Below are positions 37,569-48,158 of a stretch of 64,000 nt of DNA, one piece after another. Below the pieces are notes generated by a model. The model ran no database searches. It was given only the letters and a program-made list of their open reading frames with translations, and was not told where the DNA came from. Made by a program: the position numbers and the translations under genes. The stretch comes from Spirochaetia bacterium (GTDB lineage Bacteria; Spirochaetota; Spirochaetia; CADAEX01). Within the stretch, counting starts at the first letter, position 1, and each line of letters starts with the position of its first letter. Where the stretch lies: the NCBI GenBank assembly GCA_963662265.2, contig CAXXHA010000011.1:155611-219610 (forward strand). The letters are read 5' to 3'.

Positions 37569-38639
37569 ATGTTATTGGAAGTCTGTTATTTCATAAAACG
37601 GAGAAAAACAATCAGTAACTACAGATATCTGGATTTTTCAGATATAATTCCAGAAGACGATTTTCTTTATAATGAAATAATAAATAAATCACTTGCTGAT
37701 AATCATTCGCTGATTATTAACTGGGGAAGAAGTTTCCCCTGGGCAATAGATGAAAGGCTGTCTCTTGTAAGCCATTTTGATGAAAAAACTGTAAATTCAA
37801 TTAATAACAGGCTTGAAAGGAATTTCGGAAGAATAATTCCGCTTATACCGTTATTCGGAGGCATGGAATTTCTCCTTTCGTTTCCTTCATATTTGTACAT
37901 GAGAATTGAAAAAGACAACTGTTCTGTATTGAATCCTAAAACTGCAGGATCTGTTTCAATAATTGAATCTATTGTTGAGGATTATAAGTCAATTTTTACA
38001 AATACAGAATATGCTGCAATAGATATGCGATATCTTGATTTATGTCTTGATAAGGTATCTGAAGATGAAATAATCCGATTTTTCAGCAAACTTTCAGCAG
38101 TACTTGAAGATTTAATATCTGGATTTATTATAGTTTACAGCGGTGAAAATCAGGAAAGGGCTGATAAAATATTTAAAAAATCAGGATTTAAAAATTACAT
38201 TATTGCATATATAGAAAGCAGGAAGGATTTCAGCTGCAACTGCAATTATGGAAACGAAAAACTGGAAATCAGGGATACAGGTCCTGAATTCTACCTTTCT
38301 GAAAATGAAGTGGATAAATACAGGTTTTATTTAAGCAGTATTGATAAAATCTGGAAAAATATAATTTACATGAAAGATGAACTTCTGAAATACCAGATTT
38401 TTGAATATTCAGTGAGAGTGAAAAATTTTGAATTGATACTGCTTTTTGCAGAGACAGAAAAATTATTTCAGGATATAGTTATTAAAGGCGGAAAACTTGC
38501 TACCGGGCTTAAAGGGAAAATTAAAAATGATTCAATATGCCGGATGTTCAGAAGCAGGCAGAAAGTTATTGAAACAGAATTGGTTTTTTTAAAAAGCGGG
38601 CTTGATAATTATTTCATTGAGCTTGACAATTGTTTATAA
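37569..38639 (+). CDS. Hypothetical protein with degenerate GH20/hexosaminidase-D-like TIM barrel
   Basis: LIINWGRSFPW, IIPLIPLFGGMEFLL, LNP....SVSIIESIVED resemble HexD-type motifs; start uncertain. Confidence 0.5.
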   Translation: MLLEVCYFIKRRKTISNYRYLDFSDIIPEDDFLYNEIINKSLADNHSLIINWGRSFPWAIDERLSLVSHFDEKTVNSINNRLERNFGRIIPLIPLFGGMEFLLSFPSYLYMRIEKDNCSVLNPKTAGSVSIIESIVEDYKSIFTNTEYAAIDMRYLDLCLDKVSEDEIIRFFSKLSAVLEDLISGFIIVYSGENQERADKIFKKSGFKNYIIAYIESRKDFSCNCNYGNEKLEIRDTGPEFYLSENEVDKYRFYLSSIDKIWKNIIYMKDELLKYQIFEYSVRVKNFELILLFAETEKLFQDIVIKGGKLATGLKGKIKNDSICRMFRSRQKVIETELVFLKSGLDNYFIELDNCL

Positions 38640-38677
38640 ATGAGTTTATGTAATTAAAATGTGAGGGAGGATGAATA

Positions 38678-39649
38678 ATGAATCTATCTACAAAATATAT
38701 GGGACTGGAACTTAAAAATCCCTTAATTGTTTCCAGCTCTACACTAACATCAGATATAGATAAAATTATTGAACTTGAGAAAAACGGCGCAGGTGCTGTT
38801 GTGCTCAGATCACTTTTTGAAGAACAGATTATTGCTGATACAGAAAAAATGATTAAAAGCGTTGATACCGATATGCATGCAGAGGCTTTTGACTGGTTCT
38901 CCAAATCAACTCAGCAGCATATGATGGATGAATACCTGAAGCTTGTAGAAGAGGCTGGTAAAAGAGTATCTATCCCTGTAATAGCAAGTATAAACTGTAC
39001 AACAGATGGTAAATGGATTGAATACGCAAAGATGTTTGAAAAAGTCGGAGCAGATGCTCTTGAACTGAATGTATTTATTCAGCCTCATGACTTGAAAATG
39101 ACATCTGAAGAAATTGAAAAGATATATGTGAATATTATGGAGAAGCTTAAAAAGGAAATGACTATTCCTGTTGCAATGAAAGTAAGTTCACATTTCACAG
39201 GTCTTACAAATGTTTTAAGTAATATTTCTAAAGCAGGTGCTGACGCTCTTGTAATGTTTAACAGGTATTACAGGGTAGATATTGATATTGAAAATCTTAA
39301 AGTTACATCTGCTTCAATGCACAGTCATCCTGATGAATTAAATGTTCCTCTTAAATGGATAGCACTTCTTGCAGGAAAGATTAAATCAGACCTTTCTGCT
39401 ACAACAGGTGTTTATTCATCAGAAGATGTTATTAAACTTATCCTTGCAGGTGCATCTACAGTTCAGATCTGTTCCACAATTTATAAAAACGGTCCTGAGC
39501 AGATCAGAAAAATCCTTGATGAAGTTGAAAAATGGATGGAAAAACATAATTTTGCATCTGTTGAAGATTTCAGGGGAAAACTGAGTGCTGAAAACGAGGA
39601 AACTTCATACAGAAGAGCTCAGTATATCAAGACACTTTCAAGCCTTTAA
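38678..39649 (+). CDS. Dihydroorotate dehydrogenase-like flavoprotein
   Basis: YMGLELKNPLI, GAGAVVLRSLFEEQI, IPVIASIN, ADALELN, IPVAMK, VMFNR, LAGASTVQ; strong GGAGG RBS. Confidence 0.88.
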   Translation: MNLSTKYMGLELKNPLIVSSSTLTSDIDKIIELEKNGAGAVVLRSLFEEQIIADTEKMIKSVDTDMHAEAFDWFSKSTQQHMMDEYLKLVEEAGKRVSIPVIASINCTTDGKWIEYAKMFEKVGADALELNVFIQPHDLKMTSEEIEKIYVNIMEKLKKEMTIPVAMKVSSHFTGLTNVLSNISKAGADALVMFNRYYRVDIDIENLKVTSASMHSHPDELNVPLKWIALLAGKIKSDLSATTGVYSSEDVIKLILAGASTVQICSTIYKNGPEQIRKILDEVEKWMEKHNFASVEDFRGKLSAENEETSYRRAQYIKTLSSL

Positions 39650-39677
39650 TTATTATTATTATTATTGGTTATATTCG

Positions 39678-39717
39678 GCCGGTCAGCTTTTATTTCTAAC
39701 TGCTGACCGGCTTTTTT
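39678..39717 (+). terminator. Intrinsic terminator
   Basis: gccggtcagc-N14-gctgaccggc-tttttt. Confidence 0.8.
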
Positions 39718-39992
39718 AAATTTCATGGAAGAATCCCTTTTCGAGAAACAAGTGTTCACTTACGCCTGTGTTGTTGGGTAAGACGATGGCTTGTGCATTA
39801 TCATTGCCCAGAAGTGGAAGCTATGTTCGGAAACGAGGCGAATTCATGGATGAAATCACCTGTACCCTGAAGGACGTAATAATACCTGCGGTACTGGCAG
39901 GGATTGGCATTTACTGGGCGAGCGATTCCCATATAAAATTATATAGAGCAGTAAAAGATTTGATGAATAAAGGGAAGGGATGGATGGTTTAG

Positions 39993-40727
39993 CTAAATTA
40001 TCCCTTTTCCCGCCTTTATCAGGGTAATCCCTGCTATGCATGCTGTCTCGGTTTTAAGTACCCGCTCTCCCAGGCTGCAGAGAGTAAAACCGCTCTCTCT
40101 TAAAACATCCCTTTCTCTTCTGCTCCAGCCCCTTTCTCCGCCTACAGCAAGGACTGCAGTTTCTTCTGTCCCTTTCTCAAAGCCCATGCTGCTCAGCTTC
40201 TCAGTGTACTCATAGTTATCAAGTGCAGCTTTTTCACTGCAGCAGGTAATTTTACTGCTTCCGACACATTCTTCAAGCGAGTCGAAAAAGCATATATCAG
40301 GTATGTCTGTATCAAAAGCCTGAACAGCGCCGTCTATCAGATAGTTCCTGTATGATGATTTTTTCCAGAGAGAACTTTCCGTATAAGATTTCTCAGACTT
40401 GTCAGTTCTTACAAAACAAAGAGTTTTTACACCGATTGTCGAGATATTTTTGAGTATTTTTTTTGATTCCGGAGGCCTCGCAAAAGAGGTGATCAGTATT
40501 ACAGGATGTTTTTTTGATTCATAAGATTCATCTTTTGTGAAAGTGAAATATATATGATTTTCACTGATATCTGTTATCAGGGCTTTCCCTTTTTCTCCGT
40601 TTATTATTCCAGCATCAAAACTTTCGTTTATCCCGAATTTGAGTATTTTAATTATATGTCTTCCCCTGATATCAGACAGGGGAAGAGGCTTTGTTATTTC
40701 ATCTTTTTCAAAAAGTACTATATTCAT
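39993..40727 (-). CDS. rsmE: 16S rRNA (uracil1498-N3)-methyltransferase RsmE
   Basis: HIIKILK, RPP, SPOUT motifs VGGERGWS..E and LGERVLKTETA. Confidence 0.9.
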   Translation of the reverse strand: MNIVLFEKDEITKPLPLSDIRGRHIIKILKFGINESFDAGIINGEKGKALITDISENHIYFTFTKDESYESKKHPVILITSFARPPESKKILKNISTIGVKTLCFVRTDKSEKSYTESSLWKKSSYRNYLIDGAVQAFDTDIPDICFFDSLEECVGSSKITCCSEKAALDNYEYTEKLSSMGFEKGTEETAVLAVGGERGWSRRERDVLRESGFTLCSLGERVLKTETACIAGITLIKAGKGII

Positions 40728-42119
40728 TTATTTATTAGGTGAAATCATTTTTGAAGGATCAACAGCAGTATCGAATTCCTCTTCTGTGAGCAGTTCAAGT
40801 TCCAATGCTGCCTGTTTCAGGGTTTTATTCTCTTTGTAAGCTTTTTTTGCAATTTCAGCTGCCTTTTCATATCCTATTTTTGAATTGAGCGCTGTTACAA
40901 GCATCAGGGATTTACCGAGGTTTTCCTCTATTTTTGAAAGGTTTGGCCTTATCCCTTCGAAACAGTTTATCCTGAAACTTCTTACACTGTCAGAGAGAAG
41001 GTTGAGAGACTGTATAATGTTATAGATTATCACAGGTTTATAGACATTCAGTTCGAAATTCCCCGATGAACCTGCAAGAGATACTGTTGTGTGGTTTCCC
41101 ATTACCTGGGCGCATACCATTGTCATTGCTTCTGCCTGTGTCGGGTTGACTTTTCCAGGCATGATTGAACTTCCAGGTTCGTTTTCCGGTATTAAAAGTT
41201 CACCTATACCGCACCTGGGGCCTGATGAGAGCCATCTGACATCATTTGCAATTTTCATGAGTGCGGAAGCAAGGGATGTAAGTTCTCCTGAAAGCGAGAC
41301 TAGCTCGTCATGCGAGGTCAGGGCCGTGAATTTATTGTCTGCGCTTTTAAACGGAAGAGATGTCAACGAGGCGATTTCCGATGCCGCCATTTCCGCAAAA
41401 TCGGGATGAGTGTTTAGTCCTGTTCCAACAGCTGTACCCCCGAGGGCAAGTTTATAAACATGGGGAAGAATATTTTCAAGCCTCTTGATTGAATTTTTAA
41501 TCTGCTCCCTGTAGCTGGAAAATTCCTGACCCAGTGTAAGGGGTACAGCATCCTGAAGATGTGTTCTTCCGCACTTGATAATATCCATGAATTCATCTGT
41601 TTTACTGTTTATTTCACCGAGAAAAGTCTTAAGTTCGGGAAGCAGCTTGTTTGATACTGTTTCAGCGGCAGATATATTCATTGCAGCAGGGAATGTATCA
41701 TTTGATGACTGGGCCATATTAACATGATCATTAGGGTGTACCGGGTTTTTACATCCCTTTGTTCCCCCTGCAAGGACATTTGCCCTGTTTGATATAACTT
41801 CATTGAAATTCATGTTTGTCTGGGTGCCGCTACCTGTCTGCCAGATAACCAGGGGGAACTGATCTTTAAATTCACCATCAAGAAGCTCGTCACATACCTT
41901 GACAATGAGACTCATCTTTTCATCATCAAGAAGACCAAGCCTGTTGTTTACTGTCGCGGCAGCTTTTTTTATGATTGCAAAGCTTCTAAGCAGTTCTGGA
42001 GGCATTTTTTCACTGCCTATTCTGAAATTTTCAAGGGAACGCTGTGTCTGTGACCCCCACCATTTATCAGATTCTACCCTGATTTCCCCCATTGAGTCTT
42101 TTTCAGTTCTGAAGTCCAT
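40728..42119 (-). CDS. fumC: Class II fumarate hydratase
   Basis: [49 protein letters not shown]. Confidence 0.97.
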   Translation of the reverse strand: MDFRTEKDSMGEIRVESDKWWGSQTQRSLENFRIGSEKMPPELLRSFAIIKKAAATVNNRLGLLDDEKMSLIVKVCDELLDGEFKDQFPLVIWQTGSGTQTNMNFNEVISNRANVLAGGTKGCKNPVHPNDHVNMAQSSNDTFPAAMNISAAETVSNKLLPELKTFLGEINSKTDEFMDIIKCGRTHLQDAVPLTLGQEFSSYREQIKNSIKRLENILPHVYKLALGGTAVGTGLNTHPDFAEMAASEIASLTSLPFKSADNKFTALTSHDELVSLSGELTSLASALMKIANDVRWLSSGPRCGIGELLIPENEPGSSIMPGKVNPTQAEAMTMVCAQVMGNHTTVSLAGSSGNFELNVYKPVIIYNIIQSLNLLSDSVRSFRINCFEGIRPNLSKIEENLGKSLMLVTALNSKIGYEKAAEIAKKAYKENKTLKQAALELELLTEEEFDTAVDPSKMISPNK

Positions 42120-42322
42120 ATTTTCTCCCGGTTATGCAGATTTTTCAATTAAAACAGTATATGAGTATGATATATAGATTAATAATTAATTTAATATATT
42201 GCAATTATTTATTTTCATAAAATACTTAAATGCAATAGATATGCTTTGAATATATTAGCATAATCATTTTTTAAAAGGGTGGAATTATTAATGGAATTTG
42301 GATATTATTATGAGTTATAGGA

Positions 42323-43483
42323 GTGATGATGAGTGAGCAGAAAGTAGAATTCCTGGAAGAATTCAAAGAAATTGAACCTTACAGAAATGAAGAATTTTTA
42401 CAAGCCATGGACAGGCTTCGAAATAATAAAGAACTTCTCGGTTATCTGAGGAAAGCAGCTTTTCCTAAAATCCCCGGTTTTTTAAACAGTACATTTGAGT
42501 ATTTTATAAGCCTTTATGTTAAACACAATCTCAGAAATGTTACTACACCGTATGAATTCCAGGCAACAATCATCAAAACTGTCATTGGAAAGATGATTGA
42601 CAAGACAATTGATAATATCACTTTTTCCGGTATTGATAATCTTGATAAAGAAAAGAGATATCTATTTATATCAAACCACAGGGATATAGTCCTTGATCCT
42701 GCGCTGACAAACTATATGATGACCAGGCACAGTATGCCTACCTTTGAAATTGCTTTCGGCGATAATCTTCTGATAAACCAGCTTGTAACAGACCTTATAA
42801 GGATTAACAAGTCTTTTATTGTTAAAAGAAATCATCAGTCTCCGAGGGCACAGCTTGAAGCAACAATGATACTGTCGAAGTATATCTGGTATACTCTTCA
42901 TACCTATGATTCTGTATGGATTGCACAGAGAGAAGGGCGGGCCAAAGATGGAAATGACCTTACAAATCCAGCTGTTTTAAAAATGTTTTTCCTTTCCCAG
43001 AGGAAAGGGGGACTTCCTTTCAATGAATTCATAAATGAACTCAAACTTGTTCCAATAGCACTCTCATATGAATATGATCCCTGCGACAGGCTTAAGGCAA
43101 GGGAGCTTGAAAGAAGGGATAAGCAGGAAGTTTATGTCAAAAGAAAGGGTGAGGATTTTATCAGCATGGTCAAGGGGATTACTGATTTCAAGGGTAATGT
43201 TCATATAGCAGTGGGAAGCCCGATAAGCGGTGATTTCAAAGACAGCAGGGAAGTGGCTGATGAAATTGACCGGTTTATACATACAAACTATAAGCTCTGG
43301 CCGTCTAACTATGTTGCATATGACAGGCTTCACAAGACAGACAAGTATGCGGATAAATATGACAGCGCATACAGTTATAAATTTCTGAAAAGATTTGCAA
43401 GGCTGCCTGAAAATATACTTGAATATGCCTTGAAAGCTTATGCCAAACCAGTGGAAAATGCGGAAAAGTATACTAATAACTAA
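42323..43483 (+). CDS. Glycerol-3-phosphate/1-acylglycerol-3-phosphate acyltransferase family
   Basis: SNHRDIVLD (HxxxxD), WIAQREGRAKDGND, SYEYDPCD. Confidence 0.88.
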   Translation: MMMSEQKVEFLEEFKEIEPYRNEEFLQAMDRLRNNKELLGYLRKAAFPKIPGFLNSTFEYFISLYVKHNLRNVTTPYEFQATIIKTVIGKMIDKTIDNITFSGIDNLDKEKRYLFISNHRDIVLDPALTNYMMTRHSMPTFEIAFGDNLLINQLVTDLIRINKSFIVKRNHQSPRAQLEATMILSKYIWYTLHTYDSVWIAQREGRAKDGNDLTNPAVLKMFFLSQRKGGLPFNEFINELKLVPIALSYEYDPCDRLKARELERRDKQEVYVKRKGEDFISMVKGITDFKGNVHIAVGSPISGDFKDSREVADEIDRFIHTNYKLWPSNYVAYDRLHKTDKYADKYDSAYSYKFLKRFARLPENILEYALKAYAKPVENAEKYTNN

Positions 43484-44108
43484 TATAATAATTCTGATTA
43501 TTTTATCTGTTTCATGCTCTGAAAATCCTCCTGAAATTGAGCAGGTTTTCTGGCAGTCCAACAGATTAAATGATATGGACAATGACACTGTCTATGATAC
43601 TCTTTCTGTTTTTATACAGGTTACCGATCCTGACGGAATCGAAGACCTGGATTCTCTTTATGTAATCAATGATAAAGAAGAACTTTTCTGGAAACTGGAT
43701 GAAAATAACTGGATTATCAAGGAAAACCGGGGTGTTACCTGGCTTGGAAGCAATCTCCTTAAAATGGCTGACAGGTCAATGTTTCTGTCGGGTGAATACA
43801 GAGTTCTGGTTATTGATGATGCAGGAGAAAGAATGGAAACCAGTTTTGTGCTTAAAAACAGTTCATTCATGCCTGACAAGGATAAATTCCCTGATATAAC
43901 ATTGAAGGGCAAGAGTGCTGTAAATCCATTAAATACTCATGTTATATGGACTTACAGTTCAGACAGCAATGTGCTTACAGAAAATTATACAGACGGGGGA
44001 ATGAAATCATTCCCTCTGAATGAAAGTATGGAAAGTTTATATTTATTCAGATATGACAGAATTAACGGAGTAGGTCTAATATCAGGACCATATACAGTAA
44101 AGAAATAA
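43458..44108 (+). CDS. Hypothetical lipoprotein
   Basis: Lipobox LSVS-C after MRK start; DPDGIEDL and GEYRV..D.AGER Ig-like motifs. Confidence 0.7.
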   Translation: MRKSILITNIIILIILSVSCSENPPEIEQVFWQSNRLNDMDNDTVYDTLSVFIQVTDPDGIEDLDSLYVINDKEELFWKLDENNWIIKENRGVTWLGSNLLKMADRSMFLSGEYRVLVIDDAGERMETSFVLKNSSFMPDKDKFPDITLKGKSAVNPLNTHVIWTYSSDSNVLTENYTDGGMKSFPLNESMESLYLFRYDRINGVGLISGPYTVKK

Positions 44109-44122
44109 TATCAATAAAGTTT

Positions 44123-45487
44123 TTATATTGCGTTTATGTTTATCTTCTTGAGAAGGTCCTGAAGAGTTTCCTTATTCACAAAATCTATCGGCCTGTTTTC
44201 CGCAAAAACCATGGCTTTTCTTGTGAAGCTTGATGATGATACCATGATGCCTTTAATTATACTGTTCTTTTTCATCTCTTCCTGGAAAACCCTGATTGTT
44301 GATTCATCTATAGGTTCAGGAACTCTGTAAAAACCGACCATTATAGACTGTACCCTGATGTTTTTCCATTTTCCTGTATTTTTTTCAGTCGCAATAATGC
44401 TGCATCCGTTTTTAATCGGTTTTGAATCCCTCTCCTGCATCCCCATTGCTTCAATTACAGCTTTGCAGATTTCAATAAAACGGTCTGTATTTGCAATGAG
44501 AAAATCCTTCATAGAATCATCTGTTCTTATTTCCTGGTACTGGCTGAGTTTTTTTGCAACATCCTTGAAAGCAGGCTTTTTTTCGAAAATCGCTTCCCAT
44601 TGTTCCACAGCATTGATGATTTTTCTGTTTTTTTCGTAGCATGCCGCAAGAAAGTATCTTGCATATAAAACTTCGTTGTTATCCTTTTCTTTGCTGATTC
44701 TTACTGCCCGTTCAAGTTCTGTAATTGCCGAGTCAAGTTTACTGTTGAACATCTGGCAGATCCCTTTTTCAATGACTGCCTTGACTTTAAGATCAGGATC
44801 TTTCTGCGCCTTGTCGAAAGATGTGACAGCTGCCGGGAAGTTCCTGTTGTCTTTGTTTATTTTTCCCAGGTAATAGTGGGCATTGCCGTTTTCCTGGTCA
44901 TATTTCACAGCTTCTTCAAATGCAGACTTCGCCTGGGTAAGCTGTTTTGCGTTGTAGTATATCTTACCTAACCTGAAATGGGCCTGGCTGTTTCTCCTGT
45001 CGATTTCTATCGCTTTCATGAAATATGTTATAGCATTTTCATTTTTGCCTCTTTCCTCGAAAAGAGAACCGACAGTAAACAGGTAATCCGCGTTATATGG
45101 ATCATGTTTTATCAGTAGAAGATATTCCTTTAGAGCCTCTTCCGGCTGATTAAACTGGATATACAGAGATCCTATTAGCTCTCTGAATGAGAATTCATCA
45201 ATAATACCGTTAAAGTGACCTATCTGGTTTACTTTCCTGAATTCCATGAGTGCAAGTTCAGGTTTACTGTCTTTCATATATGCAGTACCCAGAAGATAAT
45301 GAAGCTCCGGATTTGACTGATCTTTAAGCAGAAGCTGTTTAGCGTTTCTGATTGCAGGCTGAATTTTGCCGTTTTTAATCATTGAATTTATTGAAGAAAT
45401 TTTTCTGGGCTTTATAAGGTTTTTTATTAATATTATAGTTAAAAGTGCAATGACAATACCGAAAATTAAAGTAATGATTAGAAACAT
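44123..45487 (-). CDS. Membrane-anchored TPR protein with C-terminal Mrr-like (restriction endonuclease fold) domain
   Basis: AGGAG RBS before ATG 45487; N-terminal TM; many TPRs; KGIMVSSSSFTRKA..FA..RPIDFVN. Confidence 0.8.
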   Translation of the reverse strand: MFLIITLIFGIVIALLTIILIKNLIKPRKISSINSMIKNGKIQPAIRNAKQLLLKDQSNPELHYLLGTAYMKDSKPELALMEFRKVNQIGHFNGIIDEFSFRELIGSLYIQFNQPEEALKEYLLLIKHDPYNADYLFTVGSLFEERGKNENAITYFMKAIEIDRRNSQAHFRLGKIYYNAKQLTQAKSAFEEAVKYDQENGNAHYYLGKINKDNRNFPAAVTSFDKAQKDPDLKVKAVIEKGICQMFNSKLDSAITELERAVRISKEKDNNEVLYARYFLAACYEKNRKIINAVEQWEAIFEKKPAFKDVAKKLSQYQEIRTDDSMKDFLIANTDRFIEICKAVIEAMGMQERDSKPIKNGCSIIATEKNTGKWKNIRVQSIMVGFYRVPEPIDESTIRVFQEEMKKNSIIKGIMVSSSSFTRKAMVFAENRPIDFVNKETLQDLLKKININAI

Positions 45488-45557
45488 TAATAACTCCTGT
45501 ATGTACAGATTAATTATTTTTCTTAAAGCTGTCAAACGATTAATTCTTCTGAAAAGA

Positions 45558-46256
45558 ATGAAATTGGATTTGTTGTGTCTGTTCCTTTTTTTATTGCCGG
45601 TAGCAGTACATCCTGAAACCCTTTTTGAGAAGGGAGAAGCACTTTTCATGAATAATCAGCTTCAGGAAGCATCTGCCTTGTTTGAAGGAGCTCTTGAAAA
45701 AGATCCCGGCAACAGTAAAATACTGCTTTATCTTGGTTTTTCATATGCAGGATTGAAGAATTATGATAAATCAGTTGAAATGTTTAAAAGAGGGGCAAGA
45801 ACTGTAACTGCGGGAAAAGACCGGTTCTACTATAATGCGGGAAATATTTATTATCTGACAGGTAAATATACACTGGCAGAAGATATGTTCACCCAGGCAA
45901 TACAGTATAACGGATCAAATACTGCAAGTTATCTGAACAGGGCGAATTCAAGGCTGAAGCTTATGCACAAGTCTGAAGCAGTGTCTGATTACAGGCTTTT
46001 TCTGAATCTTGAACCTGGTAATTCCCAGAGAGAATCGATTGAAAAAATAATTGCTCTTCTTGAAGGAGAAATAACAGATGAAAAAACCAGAAAAGAGGAG
46101 GAAGAAGCAAGAAAGATTGCTGAAGAGGAGAGGAGAAAAGCACTTCTTGAAGATATCCTGAACTCACTCGAAGATGTCGGCAGTGAAACAAAGAATATTT
46201 CAGCCGAATCTGAAAAAATCGATGACAGCATAGAAGAACTTGAACTTGAGGAGTAA
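45558..46256 (+). CDS. Exported TPR protein
   Basis: Signal-like N-terminus from ATG 45558, about 4 TPRs, acidic coiled-coil tail. Confidence 0.8.
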   Translation: MKLDLLCLFLFLLPVAVHPETLFEKGEALFMNNQLQEASALFEGALEKDPGNSKILLYLGFSYAGLKNYDKSVEMFKRGARTVTAGKDRFYYNAGNIYYLTGKYTLAEDMFTQAIQYNGSNTASYLNRANSRLKLMHKSEAVSDYRLFLNLEPGNSQRESIEKIIALLEGEITDEKTRKEEEEARKIAEEERRKALLEDILNSLEDVGSETKNISAESEKIDDSIEELELEE

Positions 46257-46264
46257 GTAAAATT

Positions 46265-48106
46265 ATGGACAGAAAAAAAATTATTATAGCGGCAGCTGTT
46301 TTACTGCTGATTGCTGCTTTAGTATTTCTTATTTTTGCACTGAAGCCGGGTGATGGCGGAAGCTCGGAAGATAAAATACGGGAAAATACAATAAAGCTTG
46401 CAGAGGATTACTATAAGCAGAAAGAGTACCAGAGAGCGCTTGATCTGCTTGACAGTGTACTTATAAGCAACCCTGATGATGAAAAAGCAAAAGCTTTAAG
46501 AGATAAGATTATTGCAGCGAAAAACAGCAGTCTTGAAGAAGAAAAGGAAAAGGAAAAGCAGAGGCAGGATGAACTGAAGGAAAGCCTCGATGAGCTCGGC
46601 AGTTCACTTCAGGACCAGCCTAAAATAATAATCCCTCCACAGCCTGAAAAGAAACCGGACCCTGTTGTCAAGCAGGATGAAAAGGAAGATGAGAAACTTT
46701 CAGAGAAAGAACGTGAAAAGAGGGAAAAGGTAAATGAGTATATCCGTCAGGGTATAAAAAAGATGAATGAAGGATCTTTCGATAATGCAAGGGATGACTT
46801 TAATTCAGCTCTTGCCCTTGATGATGATTCTGCCGAAGCATGGGCAAGGAAGGGGCAGTCATATATAAGGGAAGATGATGATAATCCGGACAATCTCAAG
46901 GAAGCTGTCGTAAATTCAAGAAAATCTATAGAAAAAGATCCTAATTTGTGGGTTCCTCACTATGTACTGGGGCAGGTTTACAACAAGACAAAGGATTATG
47001 ACGGTGCAATTGATGAATTCAAGAAAGCTGCACGCCTTAATCCTGAAGATTACATGATACTGTATGAGCTCGGAAAAGTACAGTATGCTGCAAGGCAGTA
47101 TAAGGGGGCAAGGGGATCTTTTGAAAGCTGTGTCCATCTTAAAGGTGACTTTGCAAACGGACATTTCAGGCTTGGAAAAACATATTCCAGGCTTTCTGAA
47201 TATGACAGGGCAGTTAAATCGTTTAATAAGGCAGCATCCCTGAAACAGAATTTTGATCTTGCCTACTATGAGATAGGAAATATCTATAAGACTAAAAAAG
47301 ATTACAGGAAGGCCCAGGAAGCATATTTAAAAGCATATTCTATAAATAAATCTCAGCCGGCATATTCAAAACAGCTTGGAGATATTTATTCATTACAGGC
47401 AAAATATCCCGAGGCAGAGCAGTTTTATGAGAAAGCTCTTTCGCTGAAACCTGATTCTGCTGAAATCAACAGCAACATGGCTCTGGTAAAGCTTAATATG
47501 GGTAAATATGATGAATCCATAGTTTATGCGAAAAATGCTGTTAAAATTGAGCCTGATAATGCAAAATACTACTATACACTTGGCCAGGCAGGCGAGGCTA
47601 TGAAAGAGGATGAAATAGCAGTAAAAGCCTACAGCCAGGCAATAAAGCTAGACCCGTCATATCCTCTTCCTTATGTCAATCTCGGCGCAATATATGATGA
47701 GGCTGGAAAGTACGATGAAGCACTGACCTTGCTTCTGAAAGCATATGAAATTGACAGTTCACTGCTGGCAGTCAACAACAATCTAGGAAATGTCTATCTT
47801 CATAAGGAGCTTTATAATGACAGTATAAAGCATTATATTGCTGCGATTAAAATGAAACCCAATGCGACACAGATGAGGTTCAACCTTGGAATTGCCTATA
47901 TTGAAACTGAGCAGGACAGGCTTGCAATTACAACTCTTTCCGAACTTGTAAAGATAAATCCCAATTATTGTGATGCCTATTACAGGCTCGGCCACCTCTA
48001 TATAAAAACAGGTGAGACTGAAAAGGGTGAAGATGCATTCAGAACTCTTCTTGAAAGATGTCCTGATTATGAAAAGAAAGATGAGATACTGGGAATTATC
48101 AGATAA
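46265..48106 (+). CDS. Membrane-anchored multi-TPR protein
   Basis: N-terminal TM, charged linker, about 12 TPR repeats. Confidence 0.88.
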   Translation: MDRKKIIIAAAVLLLIAALVFLIFALKPGDGGSSEDKIRENTIKLAEDYYKQKEYQRALDLLDSVLISNPDDEKAKALRDKIIAAKNSSLEEEKEKEKQRQDELKESLDELGSSLQDQPKIIIPPQPEKKPDPVVKQDEKEDEKLSEKEREKREKVNEYIRQGIKKMNEGSFDNARDDFNSALALDDDSAEAWARKGQSYIREDDDNPDNLKEAVVNSRKSIEKDPNLWVPHYVLGQVYNKTKDYDGAIDEFKKAARLNPEDYMILYELGKVQYAARQYKGARGSFESCVHLKGDFANGHFRLGKTYSRLSEYDRAVKSFNKAASLKQNFDLAYYEIGNIYKTKKDYRKAQEAYLKAYSINKSQPAYSKQLGDIYSLQAKYPEAEQFYEKALSLKPDSAEINSNMALVKLNMGKYDESIVYAKNAVKIEPDNAKYYYTLGQAGEAMKEDEIAVKAYSQAIKLDPSYPLPYVNLGAIYDEAGKYDEALTLLLKAYEIDSSLLAVNNNLGNVYLHKELYNDSIKHYIAAIKMKPNATQMRFNLGIAYIETEQDRLAITTLSELVKINPNYCDAYYRLGHLYIKTGETEKGEDAFRTLLERCPDYEKKDEILGIIR

Positions 48107-48132
48107 GAAGAATAATAGTTAAAATATAACAG

Positions 48133-48158
48133 GCCGGGAAATATTTCCCGGTTTTTTT
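48133..48158. terminator. Terminator between convergent TPR gene and mutL
   Basis: ccgggaaat-atttcccgg palindrome plus T7. Confidence 0.7.

Noticed and set aside
44123-45487. Type IV restriction (Mrr) defence gene
   Set aside because: Catalytic residues appear absent, it is membrane-anchored with TPRs, and it lies in a housekeeping context.
45366-45649. Apparent 284-bp head-to-head overlap of two TPR ORFs
   Set aside because: Artefact of longest-ORF starts; better starts at 45487 (minus, AGGAG RBS) and 45558 (plus) remove the overlap.
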